Assembly (NCBI GenBank): GCA_964016885.1
Contig: CAXHJY010001262.1
Coordinates: 3,497 to 67,496 of the forward strand
Reading direction: 5' to 3'
Length of the DNA stretch: 64,000 bases
Source of the DNA: Eledone cirrhosa
Taxonomy: Eukaryota
The notes beneath the pieces are model-generated. The model was not told where the DNA came from, did no database searches, and was given only the letters and a program-made list of their open reading frames with translations. Below, in pieces: positions 24,656-40,999 of the stretch. Numbering within the stretch: the stretch's first letter is position 1; each line of letters starts with the position of its first letter. Both the position numbers and the translations under genes were made by a program.

Positions 24656-27499
24656 CCCTCCTATCCCCGCTAGAGTGGTAGGGTCAGAGTCCGCAAGCCC
24701 TCCTATCCTTGGTAGGGTGGTAGAGCCAGAGTTCTCAAGCCCTCCTATCCTTGGTAGGGTGGTAGAGCCAGAGTTCTCAAGCCCTCCTATCCTTGGTAGG
24801 GTGGTAGAGCCAGAGTTCTCAAGCCCTCCTATCCTTGGTAGGGTGGTAGGGCCAGAGTCCTCAAGCCCTCCTATCCTTGGTAGGGTGGTAGAGCCAGAGT
24901 TCTCAAGCCCTCCTATCCTTGGTAGGGTGGTAGGGCCAGAGTCCTCAAGCCCTCCTATCCTTGGTAGGGTGGTAGAGCCAGAGTTCTCAAGCCCTCCTAT
25001 CCTTGGTAGGGTGGTAGAGCCAGAGTTCTCAAGCCCTCCTATCCTTGTTAATGTGGTAGGGTCAGAGTCCGCAAGCCCTCCTATCCTTGGTAGGGTGGTA
25101 GAGCCAGAGTTCTCAAGCCCTCCTATCCTTGGTAGGGTGGTAGGGCCAGAGTCCTCAAGCCCTCCTATCCTTGGTAGGGTGGTAGAGCCAGAGTTCTCAA
25201 GCCCTCCTATCCTTGGTAGGGTGGTAGAGCCAGAGTTCTCAAGCCCTCCTATCCTTGTTAATGTGGTAGGGGCCAGAGTCCGCAAGCCCTCCTATCCTTG
25301 GTAGGGTGGTAGGGCCAGATTCCGCAAGCCCTCCTCTCCTTGGTAGGGTGGTAGGGCCAGATTCCGCAAGCCCTCCTCTCCTTGGTAGGGTGGTAGGGCC
25401 AGATTCCGCAAGCCCTCCTATCCTTGGTAGGGTGGTAGGGCCAGAGTCCTCAAGCCTTCCTATCCTTGGTAGGGTGATAGGGCCAGAGCCCTCAAGCCCT
25501 CCTGTCCTTGGTAGGGTGGTAGGGGCCAGAGTCCGCAAGCCCTCTTATCCTTGGTAGGGTGGTAGGGCCAGAATCCTCAAGCCCTCCTATCCTTGGTAGA
25601 GTGGTAGGGGCCAGAGTCCGCAAGCCCTCCTATCCTTGGTAGGGTGGTAGGGCCAGAATCCTCAAGCCCTCCTATCCTTGGTAGAGTGGTAGGGGCCAGA
25701 GTCCGCAAGCCCTCCTATCCTTGGTAGGGTGGTAGGGCCAGAATCCTCAAGCCCTCCTATCCTTGGTAGAGTGGTAGGGGCCAGAGTCCTCAAGCCCTCC
25801 TATCCTTGGTAGGGTGGTAGGGGCCAGAGTCCTCAAGCCCTCCTATCCTTGGTAGGGTGGTAGGGCCAGAGTCCTCAAGCCCTCCTATCCTTGGTAGGGT
25901 GGTAGGGGCCAGAGTCCTCAAGCCCTCCTATCCTTGGTAGGGTGGTAGGGGCCAGAGTCCTCAAGCCCTCCTATCCTTGGTAGGGTGGTAGGGCCAGAGT
26001 CCTCAAGCCCTCCTATCCTTGGTAGAGTGGTAGGGGCCAGAGTCCTCAAGCCCTCCTATCCTTGGTAGGGTGGTAGGGCCAGAGTCCTCAAGCCCTCCTA
26101 TCCTTGGTAGAGTGGTAGGGGCCAGAGTCCTCAAGCCCTCCTATCCTTGGTAGGGTGGTAGGGCCAGAGTCCTCAAGCCCTCCTATCCTTGGTAGAGTGG
26201 TAGGGGCCAGAGTCCTCAAGCCCTCCTATCCTTGGTAGGGTGGTAGGGCCAGAGTCCTCAAGCCCTCCTATCCTTGGTAGGGTGGTAGGGGCCAGAGTCC
26301 TCAAGCCCTCCTATCCTTGGTAGGGTGGTAGGGCCAGAGTCCTCAAGCCCTCCTATCCTTGGTAGGGTGGTAGGGCCAGAGTCCTCAAGCCCTCCTATCC
26401 TTGGTAGAGTGGTAGGGGCCAGAGTCCTCAAGCCCTCCTATCCTTGGTAGGGTGGTAGGGCCAGAGTCCTCAAGCCCTCCTATCCTTGGTAGGGTGGTAG
26501 GGCCAGAGTCCTCAAGCCCTCCTATCCTTGGTAGAGTGGTAGGGGCCAGAGTCCTCAAGCCCTCCTATCCTTGGTAGGGTGGTAGGGCCAGAGTCCTCAA
26601 GCCCTCCTATCCTTGGTAGGGTGGTAGGGCCAGAGTCCTCAAGCCCTCCTATCCTTGGTAGGGTGGTAGGGCCAGAGTCCTCAAGCCCTCCTATCCTTGG
26701 TAGAGTGGTAGGGGCCAGAGTCCTCAAGCCCTCCTATCCTTGGTAGAGTGGTAGGGGCCAGAGTCCTCAAGCCCTCCTATCCTTGGTAGGGTGGTAGGGC
26801 CAGAGTCCTCAAGCCCTCCTATCCTTGGTAGGGTGGTAGGGCCAGAGTCCTCAAGCCCTCCTATCCTTGGTAGAGTGGTAGGGGCCAGAGTCCTCAAGCC
26901 CTCCTATCCTTGGTAGAGTGGTAGGGGCCAGAGTCCTCAAGCCCTCCTATCCTTGGTAGGGTGGTAGGGCCAGAGTCCTCAAGCCCTCCTATCCTTGGTA
27001 GAGTGGTAGGGGCCAGAGTCCGCAAGCCCTCCTATCCTTGGTAGGGTGGTAGGGCCAGAATCCTCAAGCCCTCCTATCCTTGGTAGAGTGGTAGGGGCCA
27101 GAGTCCTCAAGCCCTCCTATCCTTGGTAGAGTGGTAGGGCCAGAGTCCTCAAGCCCTCCTATCCTTGGTAGGGTGGTAGGGCCAGAGTCCTCAAGCCCTC
27201 CTATCCTTGGTAGGGTGGTAGGGCCAGAGTCCTCAAGCCCTCCTATCCTTGGTAGAGTGGTAGGGGCCAGAGTCCTCAAGCCCTCCTATCCTTGGTAGGG
27301 TGGTAGGGCCAGAGTCCTCAAGCCCTCCTATCCTTGGTAGGGTGGTAGGGCCAGAGTCCTCAAGCCCTCCTATCCTTGGTAGGGTGGTAGGGCCAGAGTC
27401 CTCAAGCCCTCCTATCCTTGGTAGGGTGGTAGGGCCAGAGTCCTCAAGCCCTCCTATCCTTGGTAGGGTGGTAGGGCCAGAGTCCTCAAGCCCTCCTAT
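24656..27499. repeat. 42/43-bp minisatellite, ~67 copies
   Basis: Unit GCCCTCCTATCCTTGGTAGGGTGGTAGGGCCAGAGTCCTCAA; no unique spacers. Confidence 0.98.
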
Positions 27500-27619
27500 A
27501 TACTATTTCAATACTTCCAATCCAGGTCGCTTCACTTAAACTATTAAAAAAAATCTTAAAACAATTTTAACGTATTTGGTTGTTTTTTTTAAAATATTTT
27601 AATCACTCCTATCTTCTAT

Positions 27620-29500
27620 AGCATCATCATCACCATTACCACTAGCACTACCACCACTAGCACCACCACTACCACTACCACCACTACCTCTACTACCACC
27701 ACCACTACCACCAGCACTACCACCACTACCTCTACTACCACCACCACCACTACCACTACCTCCACCACCACAACTACCTCCACCACCACCACCACTACCA
27801 CCACTACTAACACAACCACCACCATCTCCACTACTACCACGACTACTACCACCACTACTACCACCACCATCACGACCACCACCGCTACCTCCTCCACCAC
27901 CACCAACATGTATACCATCACCAACATTATCACCACCACCACCATTACCTCTATTCTGCTCATCATCATCATTATCATCACCACCATCATCATCACACAC
28001 CAGGACCACCAGCACCTGCTCCACAAGCGTCAGTACCAGCACCTCTACCACAACCACCACCCTACAAGACTACCACCACCATCACCACTACCACCACTAC
28101 CATCACCACCACCACCTCCATCACCACTAACCTCCCCTTACACCACCACAACCACCACCACCATCACCCTACAACACTACCACCACCACAACCACAACCA
28201 TCACCACTACCCCTCTTACAACACTACCACCACCAACACCATCACCACCACCACACCACCCTACCACCAAACCACAACACCACCACCACCACACCACCCT
28301 ACAACACCACCACCACACCACCCTACAACACTACCACTACCACCACCACCACACCACCCTACAACACTACCACTACCACCACCACCACCACACCACCCTA
28401 CAACACTACCACCACACCACCACACCACCCTACAACACTACCACCACACCACCACCACACCACCCTACAACACTACCACCACCACATCACACCACCCTAC
28501 AACACCACCCTACAACACCACCCTACAACACTACCACCACCACATCACACCACCACCACACCACCCTACCACCACCACCCTACAACACTACCACCACCAC
28601 CACACCACCCTACCACCACACCACCCTACAACACTACCACCACCACCACACCACCCTACCACCACCACCCTACAACACTACCACCACCACCACACCACCC
28701 TACCACCACACCACCCTACAACACTACCACCACCACCACACCACCCTACCACCACCACCACCCTACAACACTACCACCTGCCGATGAGGTAAGAGGTAGC
28801 AGTGTGTTGTCTATTTTATTGTTTAGGACAAAAAAGGTCCAAAAATGACACCAGTAGTGGTGGTGGTGTAGTAGTGGTGGTGGTGGTGGTGGTGGCGTAG
28901 TGGTGGTGGTGGTGGTGGTGGCGTAGTGGTGGTGGTGGTTTGATGGTGGTGGAGTGGTGGTGATAGTGTGTTGTGCTGGTAGTGGTGGGATGGTTGTGTT
29001 GGTGGTAGGGGTGGTAGTGGTGGAAGAGTTACGGCCCTTTCCATTCTCAGTTCAAATCCCGCCGAGGTTAACTTTGCCTTTCATCCTTACGTGGTCGATA
29101 AAATAAAGTACCAGTAATGTACTGAGTAATTGCTGGCCTTGTGCCAAAAGTAGAAACAATTATTGCGATGGCGGCAGTGGTAGTAGTAGTGGTTGTGGTA
29201 GTATTAGTGGTGGTGGTAGTGGTTGTAGTAGTAGTGGTTGTGGTAGTATTAGTGGTGGTGGTGGTAGTGGTAGTGGTTGTAGTAGTAGTGGTTGTGGTAG
29301 TATTAGTGGTGGTGGTGGTAGTGGTTGTAGTAGTAGTGATGGTGGTAGTAGTGGCGGTGATAATGGTAGTGGTTGTAGTAGTAGTGGCGGTGGTAGTAGT
29401 GGTGGTTGTAGTAGTAGTAGTAGTGGTGGTGGTTCATTGTATTGGTGGTAGTGGTGGTGGTGGTGGTGGTGGTGGTGGTGTAGCGGTGATGTAGCAGTGA
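27620..29500. repeat. (CCA/CTA)n tract followed by opposite-strand (TGG/TAG)n tracts, interrupted by a SINE at 29028-29162(+)
   Basis: Directly visible. Confidence 0.9.
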
Positions 29501-29584
29501 GGGTGGTAGCGGCGGAGCAGAGTGAAATAGTAGGCGACAAGTGATGTTGGCAGTGATTAGTGGCTGGGAGTAGATAGAGTGATA

Positions 29585-30406
29585 GATGGAGAGGGGTATA
29601 AGGGAGAGAGAGACAGAGGGGTATAAGGGAGGGAGAGACAGAGGGGTATAAGGGAGGGAGAGACAGAGGTGGAATACAAGGGAGTGAGAGGGCGGATGTA
29701 AGGGAGAGAGAGAGGTGGGATGTAAGGGAGTGAGAGGGCGGATGTAAGGGAGTGAGAGGGCGGATGTAAGGGAGAGAGAGAGGGGGATACAAGGGAGTGA
29801 GAGGGCGGCTGTAAGGGAGAGAGAGAGGGGGATACAAGGGAGTGAGAGGGCGTCTGTAAGGGAGAGAGAGAGAGAGGGGGGATATAAGGGAGAGACATAG
29901 AGGGGCATATAAGGGAGAGACAGAGGGGGGATATAAGGGAGAGAGAAGAGAGCAGAGAGGGAGAGAGAAGAGAGCAGAGAGGGAGAGAGAAGAGAGCAGA
30001 GAGGGAGAGAGCAGAGAGCAGAGAGAGGGGGAGCAGAGAGAAGGGAGAAGGGAGCAGAGAGAAGGGAGCAGAGAGAGGGGAGAAGAGAGAAATGGGGCAG
30101 AGATAGTGACAAAAAGAGAGAGGGAGAGGGTCTGAGAGTGAGAGAGAACAACAACAAACCAATATCAAACCAAAATAAAGATAAAGTGCGGAGCTCGGCT
30201 GTTATTTATTTTTCGCTAACAAGTTCTTCTCTCATTCTTTCTCTCTTTCAGTCCATTCTCTCTCTCTCTCTCTCTTTCTCTTTGCAATCTCAGTCACAAT
30301 CTCACTTTCTCACCACTCTCAGACCCTTCTCCCCCTCTCTCCCAGTTTCTCCATCAGTCTCTCTCTCTCTCAGTCGACCCACAGTCTCTCTCTCTCTCAG
30401 TCGACC

Positions 30407-30450
<44 letters not shown>

Positions 30451-30644
30451 CAGTTGACCCACAGTCTCTCTCTCTCTCAGTCAGTCGACCCACAGTCTCT
30501 CTCTCTCTCAGTCGATCCACAGTCTCCCTCTCTCTCTCTCAGTCGATCCACAGTCTCCCTCTCTCTCAGTCGACCCACAGTCTCTATATCCCTCTCTCTC
30601 AGTCGACCCACAGTCTCTATATCTCTCTCTCTCAGTCGACCCAC

Positions 30645-30650
<6 letters not shown>
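29585..30650. repeat. GA-rich degenerate minisatellite followed by a CT-rich (CTCTCAGTCGACCCACAGT) repeat
   Basis: Directly visible. Confidence 0.9.
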
Positions 30651-30683
<33 letters not shown>

Positions 30684-30959
30684 TATATATCAATCCCTCT
30701 CTCTCTCTGTCTCCCCCCCCTCCCTCCTCTCTCAGCTGTGTCAGTTATAAGTGACAAACAGCAGACGACCGTACTACCATTTGTAAAGTTCCACAACTCG
30801 GAGCAGCAGGACTAAGCTAAGTTATCATTGAACGGTGAAACGAAAAAACAACAACAAAAACCCATTATTTACAAACAAGTAAGAACCTATTACACATCAT
30901 GTTTTATATATTGTTGTTGTTGCTGTTGTTGTTGTTGTTTATTACAGCAGGGCTCTGGG

Positions 30960-31635
30960 TTAGTAATATCGTTAGAGCATCGGATAACCTTTATAACATG
31001 CTTTGTGACTTATAGTTACGGCCCCGATCAAACGTCGCCGACGTTAGCTTTGCCTTTCATCCTTACAAATGGTCCATAAAATAAAGTACCAGCAATGCAC
31101 TGGCGTCGGTTTAATCGACTTTTTCCTCTCTCAAAATTGTTGGTCAGTCTTTTGCTAAAAGTAGAAATAATTTTTATTACAGCGAGGGAACTGGTTTGAG
31201 AGTCTCGGTAGAGCGTCGGACGAAATACTTTACGGTATTGTTGTTTAGCCCTAGGTAAGCCCTAGGCCAGTCCTAATCCTGCTGACCTTATGATCAAAGA
31301 TCTCCCACCCACGACCGTCCCATCTAATCCTATCTTGTGGCGTGAAGTGACTGAGAGTACATGACTCCCCCCTGGACAGGACACCAGTCCATTGCACAGT
31401 TAAACCCCCAGCTATTACTGGTACTAATTTTCAGCTGAGTGAACTGGAGCAATGTGAAATGAAATGTTTTGTTATAGAACAGAACACACAACAAAGTCCA
31501 GGAATTATCCCGCCCAGGTTAACTTTACCTTTCATCCTTTTGAGTTCGGTAAAGTACCATACCAGTTAAGTACTGGGGTCGATATAATCAGCTTCCCCCC
31601 CCCTTTTTTCCCTTGTACCAATGTTAGACAAATTA
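30960..31635. mobile_element. SINE cluster: + copy at 30960-31170, then a + copy apparently split (31185-31240 / 31505-31635) by a different SINE-like element
   Basis: GGTAGAGCGTCGGAC head at 31207 and the matching core at 31508-31585 are separated by CCCTGGACAGGACACCAGTCCAT...CTGGTAC..CAGCTGAGTGAACTGGAGCAATGTG. Confidence 0.55.
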
Positions 31636-31734
31636 TATCTATTACAATTATTGTTATTAAATCTACTGTTTCCCCGTTTGTAGATATATTCTCATCACTC
31701 CAACTTTATTCCATATAAACCCTACACACTGTCT

Positions 31735-32172
31735 AAGTCGTGCACCCTGAAGTCGTGTACCCTGAAGTCGTGCACCCTTCAGTCATGCACCTTCCAGTCG
31801 TGTACCCTTCAGTCGTGCACCTTCCAGTCGTGCACCCTAAAATCGTGCACCCTTCAGTCATTGCCTTCAGTCGTGCACCCTTCAGTCATGCAGCCTAACT
31901 TCGTGTACCCTTAAGTCGTGTTCCCTTAAGTCATGCACCCTAAAATCGTGTACCCTTAAGTCGTGTTCCCTTAAGTCATGCACCTTAAAATCGTGTACCC
32001 TTCAGTCGTGTTCCCTTCAGTCGTGCACCCTAAAATCGTGTTCCCTTCAGTCGTGCACCCTAAAATCGTGTACCCTTCAGTCGTGCACCCTAAAATCGTG
32101 TACCCTTAAGTCGTGTTCCCCTCAGTCATGCACCCTAAAATCATGCACCCGAAAGTCGTGCACCCTGAAGTC
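31735..32172. repeat. 15-bp minisatellite, ~29 copies
   Basis: Unit AGTCGTGCACCCTTC. Confidence 0.93.
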
Positions 32173-32484
32173 CAATATTATTAATTATTAGCAATTAGCA
32201 AAGTCGGTAGAGCGACAGACGACATATTTCACGGTTAATTACGTTTCTTTTACCTTCTGAGTGGAACAACTTTACCTTCGATCTTTCTGGGATATATACA
32301 ATACCAGTTAAATACTGGGTACCATATAATCACCATCTCCCACCACCACCCCTTAATTGCTGGCTTTGTGCCTTAATTAATAACCATCATACTGTGTATT
32401 TTATTGATTAATTTATTTTTATTATTATTTTTACTTTATTTTGTTTATCACTTTGTTGTTTGCTTACATTCTCTGTCACTGATT

Positions 32485-32720
32485 GGAGACTGAGGCCATG
32501 CTGGGGCACCACACTCCTTTTACGTGTTTAAGTCGTTAGACTGAGGCCATGCTGGGGCACCACACTCCTTTTACCGGTTTCAGTCGTTAGACTGAGGCCA
32601 TGCTGGAGCAACGACTTGAAAAGTATTTCAATCGATCAGTACTTAGTTATGGCAACCAGTCCTTAGTTCAGCAACTTATTTTATTGATTTCTCTTTGTCA
32701 AACCGTTATTGTACGACACA
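32485..32720 (-). mobile_element. Second SINE family (degenerate) with a triplicated GACTGAGGCCATGCTGG segment
   Basis: Recognised from memory as a common octopus repeat; the triplication is directly visible. Confidence 0.5.
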
Positions 32721-32734
32721 CACACACAGACACT

Positions 32735-33068
32735 GTATATATATATATATATATACATATATACACATATCTCTCTCTCTCACTATATATATAAACATGA
32801 ATACACACATTTATATATACAGATATCTCTTTCTCACTATATATATATAAACATATATCTATACACACATATACATACATATACATACATATATACACAC
32901 ATATACATAATATACATATATATACACACACATATACATATATATACACACACATATACATATATATACATACATATATACACACATATACATATATATA
33001 CATACATATATACACACATATACATAATATACATATATATACACACACATATACATATATATATATAT

Positions 33069-33117
<49 letters not shown>

Positions 33118-33342
33118 TATACATATATATATATATACACACACATATACATATATATATATATACACACACATATACATATAGATATACACACACATAT
33201 ACATATATATATAGATATACACACATACATATATATATATATATATACACACACATATATATATATATACACACGCATATATATATATATACACACGCAT
33301 ATATATATATATACACACACATATATATATATATACACACGC

Positions 33343-33373
<31 letters not shown>

Positions 33374-33755
33374 TATATATATATATACACACACACATAT
33401 ATATATATATACACACACATATATATATATATACACACACACATATATATATATATATACACACACATACTTATATATATATACACACATACATATATAT
33501 ACACACACACATATATATATATATGCACACATATATATATATACACACACACATATATATATATACACACACATATATATATATACACACACATACATAT
33601 ATATATACACACACATACATATATATATATATACACATATATATATAGAAACACACACATACATATATATATACACACACATACATATATATATACACAC
33701 ACATACATATATATATACACACACATACATATATATATACACACACATACATATA

Positions 33756-33795
<40 letters not shown>

Positions 33796-33806
33796 CACAC
33801 ACACAC

Positions 33807-33837
<31 letters not shown>

Positions 33838-34298
33838 TATATATATACACACACACATACATATATATATATATACACACACACATACATATATATATAT
33901 ATACACACACACATACATATATATATATATACATACAAACACATACATATATATTATATATATATATATATACACACATATACATATATACACACATATA
34001 TACACACATATACATATATACACACACATATATATATACATATATATATACACACACATATATATATACATATATATATACACACACATATATACATATA
34101 TATATACACACACATATATACATATATATATACACACACATATATACATATATATATACACACACATATATATACATATATATATACACACACATATATA
34201 TACATATATATATACACACACATATATATACATATATATATATATACACACACATATATATACATATATATATATATACACACACAAATATATATATA
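32735..34298. repeat. Compound (TA)n(CA)n microsatellite, 1.5 kb
   Basis: Directly visible. Confidence 0.97.
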
Positions 34299-34500
34299 TT
34301 TATTAAAATAACAGATTAAAGTTTAAGCAAAGAATCGCTGCTTTCACCCTTAACGTTATTAAGGGTGAAAGCAGTGATTCTTTGCTTAAACTTTAATCTG
34401 TTATTTTAATAAATATTTGCTCTACGGTTCTTATATATCTGATATATATTTATCCTTATCGAGCCCTCTTTGGATTTTAGTCTTCACATTTATTATTATT
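34295..34500 (+). mobile_element. Fold-back insertion (58-bp arms, one mismatch) with a unique tail
   Basis: Arms ~34295-34353 / 34359-34416, loop CGTTA; the left arm starts in a TA tract. Confidence 0.65.
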
Positions 34501-35204
34501 ATTTTTTTTTTTTTTTACATGCAGAAATGCTCATTTGTACCGTCCTGTATTGTCCTGTACTGTCCTTAATGTCTCACTTTGTGTAAACCCTTGTCGTTAA
34601 TAAAGAAAGCATTACTACTATTCTTGTGGCCAATAAAGAAATCATTGCCTTTCATCCTTACGGGGTCGATAAAATAAAGTACCAGTAATGCACTGGAAAA
34701 TTGCTGGCCTTGTGCCTAAAGTAGAAACAATATCTTGCCGAGGTTGACTTTGCCTTTCATCCTTACGGGGTCGATAAAATAAAGTACCAGTAATGCACTG
34801 GTTAATTTGCTGCTCCTATGTTATTGTTTGTAATTGTCTGGTTTATCCCCCCCCCCCCAGCCTAATCCCACACCACCCCATCACTCCACCCCCATCCCAC
34901 ACCATCCCATCACTCCACCCCCAGCCTCATCCCACACCACACATCACCCCACCCTCATCCCACACCACCCCATCACTCCACCCCCCGCCTCATCCCACAT
35001 CACTCCACCCCCAGCCTCATCCCACACCACCCATCCCCCCACCTCAGCCTCATCCCACACCACCCATCACCCCAGCCTCATCCCACACCACCCATCACCC
35101 CACCTCACTCCATCATCCCAGCCTCCCCCCGTGTCACTTTAAACCACTGTCAACATCGTAAGTGTTCATTTCTTCATTCTCTCATCTCTTTATTCGTTGT
35201 TATA

Positions 35205-37095
<1,891 letters not shown>

Positions 37096-37305
37096 ATTTA
37101 TCCGCGCAAAACTTAACAAACATGAGGTGACTGATTTCGATTCCACCGTGTGGCATCATATCCACGTGTCTTTTGCTATAGCCTTGTAATTGAATTTGGT
37201 AGGCGGAAACTATACGGAAGACCGTTGGATGGATTGTAGCTGTAATGTCAAAGTACAGGCTTGTCATACATTGTGTCATAGCGATATTGTCTGAGGATTC
37301 GAGGC

Positions 37306-37875
37306 TGGAGACTTCTGGTGTCCTCGGCCCTAGGGCTACCTCCCTACTCACCACCATAGGCGCTGAGCTGGGTACCCATAGCAGTGGAGACTTCTGGTGT
37401 CCTCGACCCTAGGGCTACCTCCCTACTCACCACCATAGGCGCTGAGCTGGGTACCCATAGCAGTGGAGACTTCTGGTGTCCTCGACCCTAGGGCTACCTC
37501 CCTACTCACCACCATAGGCGCTGAGCTGGGTACCCATAGCAGTGGAGACTTCTGGTGTGCTCGGTCCTAGGGCTACCTCCCTACTCACCACCACAGACGC
37601 TGAGCTGGGTACCCATAGCAGTGGAGACTTCTGGTGTGCTCGGTCCTAGGGCTACCTCCCTACTCACCACCACAGACGCTGAGCTGGGTACCCATAGCAG
37701 TGGAGACTTCTGGTGTGCTCGGTCCTAGGGCTACCTCCCTACTCACCACCATAGGCGCTGAGCTGGCCAGCCACAGGTGTGAACCCCGCGAGTTGGAGTG
37801 GCTTTTCCAGCGCATCTCCCTCGCCGTCCTTCGGGGAAACGCCTTCTCCATCCTGTCCGCCGGGGCTGTTGGGTG
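37306..37875 (+). mobile_element. CRE-clade-like retrotransposon C-terminus whose upstream 79 bp is amplified six times
   Basis: VPIAVETSGVLGPRATSLLTTIGAELA...LFQRISLAVLRGNAFSIL matches the C-terminal pattern of CRE elements; GGAGACTTCTGG at 37307, 37386, 37465, 37544, 37623 and 37702. Confidence 0.8.
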
Positions 37876-38179
37876 GGGGGCATCGCGTTACATTCCACAT
37901 TTAAGTATGTGCACTATCATATACATGCATAATGTGTTTCTATATTATGGGATTATGAGTCTGTGGAATAGTCAGACACTTAATACAACATCGTAGTGCA
38001 ATTGACGAAAGCAAGTGAATAATTAACCATCGTCGACACCGACGTAGATCCATGTACGTTACACACACACACACGCACTCACTCACACACGCACACACGC
38101 ACTCACACTCACGCATCTCGCTTGTTTGTTTACATTTGACAACTTACACAAAAGACAGATTTCAGGTTTCTCTATCAAC

Positions 38180-38717
38180 AGTATTATGTTGACAGTATTG
38201 GTTACCATAGTATTATGTTGACAGTATTGGTTACCATAGTATTATGTTGACAGTATTGGTTACCATAGTATTATGTTGACAGTATTGGTTACCATAGTAT
38301 TATGTTGACAGTATTGGTTACCATAGTATTATGTTGACAGTATTGGTTACCATAGTATTATGTTGACAGTATTGGTTACCATAGTAGTATGTTGACAGTA
38401 TTGGTTACCATAGTATTATGTTGACAGTATTGGTTACCATAGTATTATGTTGACAGTATCGGTTACCATAGTATTATGTTGACAGTGTTGGTTACCATAG
38501 TATTATGCTGACAGTATTACCATTGTATTATGTTGACAGTATTGGTTACCATAGTATTATGTTGACAGTATTACTATAGTATTATGTTGACATGTTGACA
38601 GTAGTCCATAGTATTATGTTGACAGTATTCCATAGTATTATGTTGACAGTATTCCATAGTATGTTGACAGTAGTCCATAGTATTATGTTGACAGTAATCC
38701 ATAGTATTATGTTGACA
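38180..38717. repeat. 29-bp minisatellite, decaying to the right
   Basis: Unit TAGTATTATGTTGACAGTATTGGTTACCA. Confidence 0.95.
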
Positions 38718-39157
38718 TCACTCGTCCTTTTTTATCCACAAAGTTATTACATTTAATAACAAGCTGTTTACTTCTGCCTATACAAATGGCGCTGACCACT
38801 AGTCTATAAATATATTCTCTAGTTCAGTACAGTACAGTATAATATTACAATAATACATACTTTGCTAACATGCCAGTAATGAATTAATCGATAGAGCTGC
38901 CGAGAATGCGTTATATTATGCAAATTGGCTTCTCCAATTCACTTAAATCCTTACTAATAATGGGATTATGAGTAGCATCTCCGTCAAAACCTAAAGTGGG
39001 TATTCAGTCGCTGATGAAATCTCAACACATGATTGATATTGTATACAAAGCCAAGGTGGTTACATTTGTTTGTACAGGCAGAAATGACTAAAAGTCACAC
39101 ACATACACATACATATACATACATACATACACACACATACAAATGCACATGTGTGTG

Positions 39158-39212
<55 letters not shown>

Positions 39213-40115
39213 GCGTGTGTGTGTGTGTGTGTCTATGTTTGTGGTTGGATGTGTAGATGTGGGCTCATCGATAATTCCATATTGGTTTTATTTTGTCAAT
39301 AACACACTAATTATACAGCAATTATGAAGGTAATTGCTTAGAAACCAATGAGGAGTCATTGAAGGGTGAGGAGGGAGAGACAAAGAGGGAGAGGGTGAAA
39401 GGAGAGAGGGAGGGGACAAGGAGGGAAAGAAGGGGAAGAGAGAGAGAGAAGGAGAGAAAGAAGGAGGACAGAGGGAGAGACAAGGAAGGAAAGGGGGAGA
39501 GACAGGGGGAGAGACAGGGGAAGAGAGATACAAGGTGAGAAAGAGGAAGAGAGATACAACAGATTACTTGCCACCTCTTGTAACACCCCTTATTCTACAG
39601 GTAACACCACATTTCACCCCACCTCCCTTCTATAGGTAACACAGCATTTCACCCCACCTCCCTTCTACAGGTAACACCACATTTCAATCCCCTCCCCCAC
39701 CACCACCACCGATCTACTCCCAACCGTCACCTAAACGCAACTTAGACACTCCACCAAACCTGCTTTGATCCCTCTCATAAACAGAGTCATTAAAACCTTC
39801 ATCAATGGTGGGGAGAGGATGGGACATGACTGCTATGTTATCTCCAACAGGGGAAGCGGGACATGACTGCTATGTTACCCCGGCCTACCTCTCACTATTG
39901 GAGGTACGACTGTGTTGTTTCCCCCAACAGGGGAAGGGTACCAACCCTACATATATATCAAAGAAACAATGTTGTAATCCTCTTTCTCTGCTCTTGAACA
40001 ACTGGCGAATAAATCAATTAAGGCCCCAACAAATTCCAGGCCTCACAATTACTGATCCTCTTGCATACCAAAAACTCGTCGTCGTCGTCATCATCATCAT
40101 CCTGACACCTAAATA

Positions 40116-40461
40116 CAGTAGTCACCCGGTATTCGCGGGGTTACGTTCTTAGAGCACCCGTGAAGAGTGATACACCGCGAATATTGGATGTGGTCCATAA
40201 AAATGCCTATAAACGTTAAAATATAACGTAAAATATAATAAAAAAGAGGGGGGCGTTATATGCGAAGGGGCGTCTAATAGACCGGCAAATACGGTATATT
40301 GTTATTAATAATTTAGCGTTAAAAAATATATATTGCCATGAAAAAAGCCATAAAAAAAAATCGCGGACGATATTTACGATTCCGCGAATATGGAGTGGTT
40401 TCCACGAACAGTTATTAGTTAGGTGTCTAAAGAAAATTTCGCGAATAACCGGAGTATACTG
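40116..40461. mobile_element. Tigger/pogo-like MITE
   Basis: TA|CAGTAGTCACCCGGTATTCGCG ... CGCGAATAACCGGAGTATACTG|TA; imperfect TIRs, TA duplication and internal CCGCGAATA repeats. Confidence 0.75.
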
Positions 40462-40571
40462 TATAACCAAATAGATATATTGCCTTATTCAAATTACCAT
40501 ACGAATATATGTCGTGGCCTTGAACCGATTGAAAATTATAATTTATATTGATTTAGTGTTTAGTTCCGTCC

Positions 40572-40885
40572 CTGTAACACCTTCAAGGAGTAGATTTTAC
40601 CTTTAACTCTCCCAGAATCGCTGAAATACCTGCATCTGTAACATCTTCAGGTATGGATTTTACCTTTAACTCTCCCAGAATCGCTGAAATACCTGCATCT
40701 GTAACATCTTCAGGTATGGATTTTACCTTTAACTCTCCCAGAATCGATAAAATACCTGCATCTGTAACACCTTCAGGTGTAGATTTTACCTTTAACTCTA
40801 CCAGAATCGATGAAATACCTGCATCTGTAACATTTTCAGGTATAGATTTTACCTTTAACTCTCCCAAAATCGATGAAATACCTAC
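40572..40885. repeat. 63-bp minisatellite (5 copies), probably SINE-core-derived
   Basis: Unit contains TTTTACCTTTAACTCTCCCAGAATCGATAAAATACC, resembling the SINE core. Confidence 0.85.
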
Positions 40886-40999
40886 AAGTAGTGAGGTGGC
40901 TGTTGATTAATCAATCATCTAAGACATTTGATGTTCTGCTTATATTTTTGTGTCTGGACCTGTAACAGTCGTAGGAGTTTTAGGTACTTTAAGTCAGGT

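Noticed and set aside
24545-25557. 14-aa repeat protein ORFs
   Set aside because: A by-product of a 42-bp unit; the frame is broken freely by 43-bp variants.
40583-40867. 21-aa repeat VTDAGISAILGELKVKSIPED resembling a leucine-rich repeat
   Set aside because: The 63-bp unit resembles the local SINE core and both strands are open; the peptide similarity is likely coincidental.
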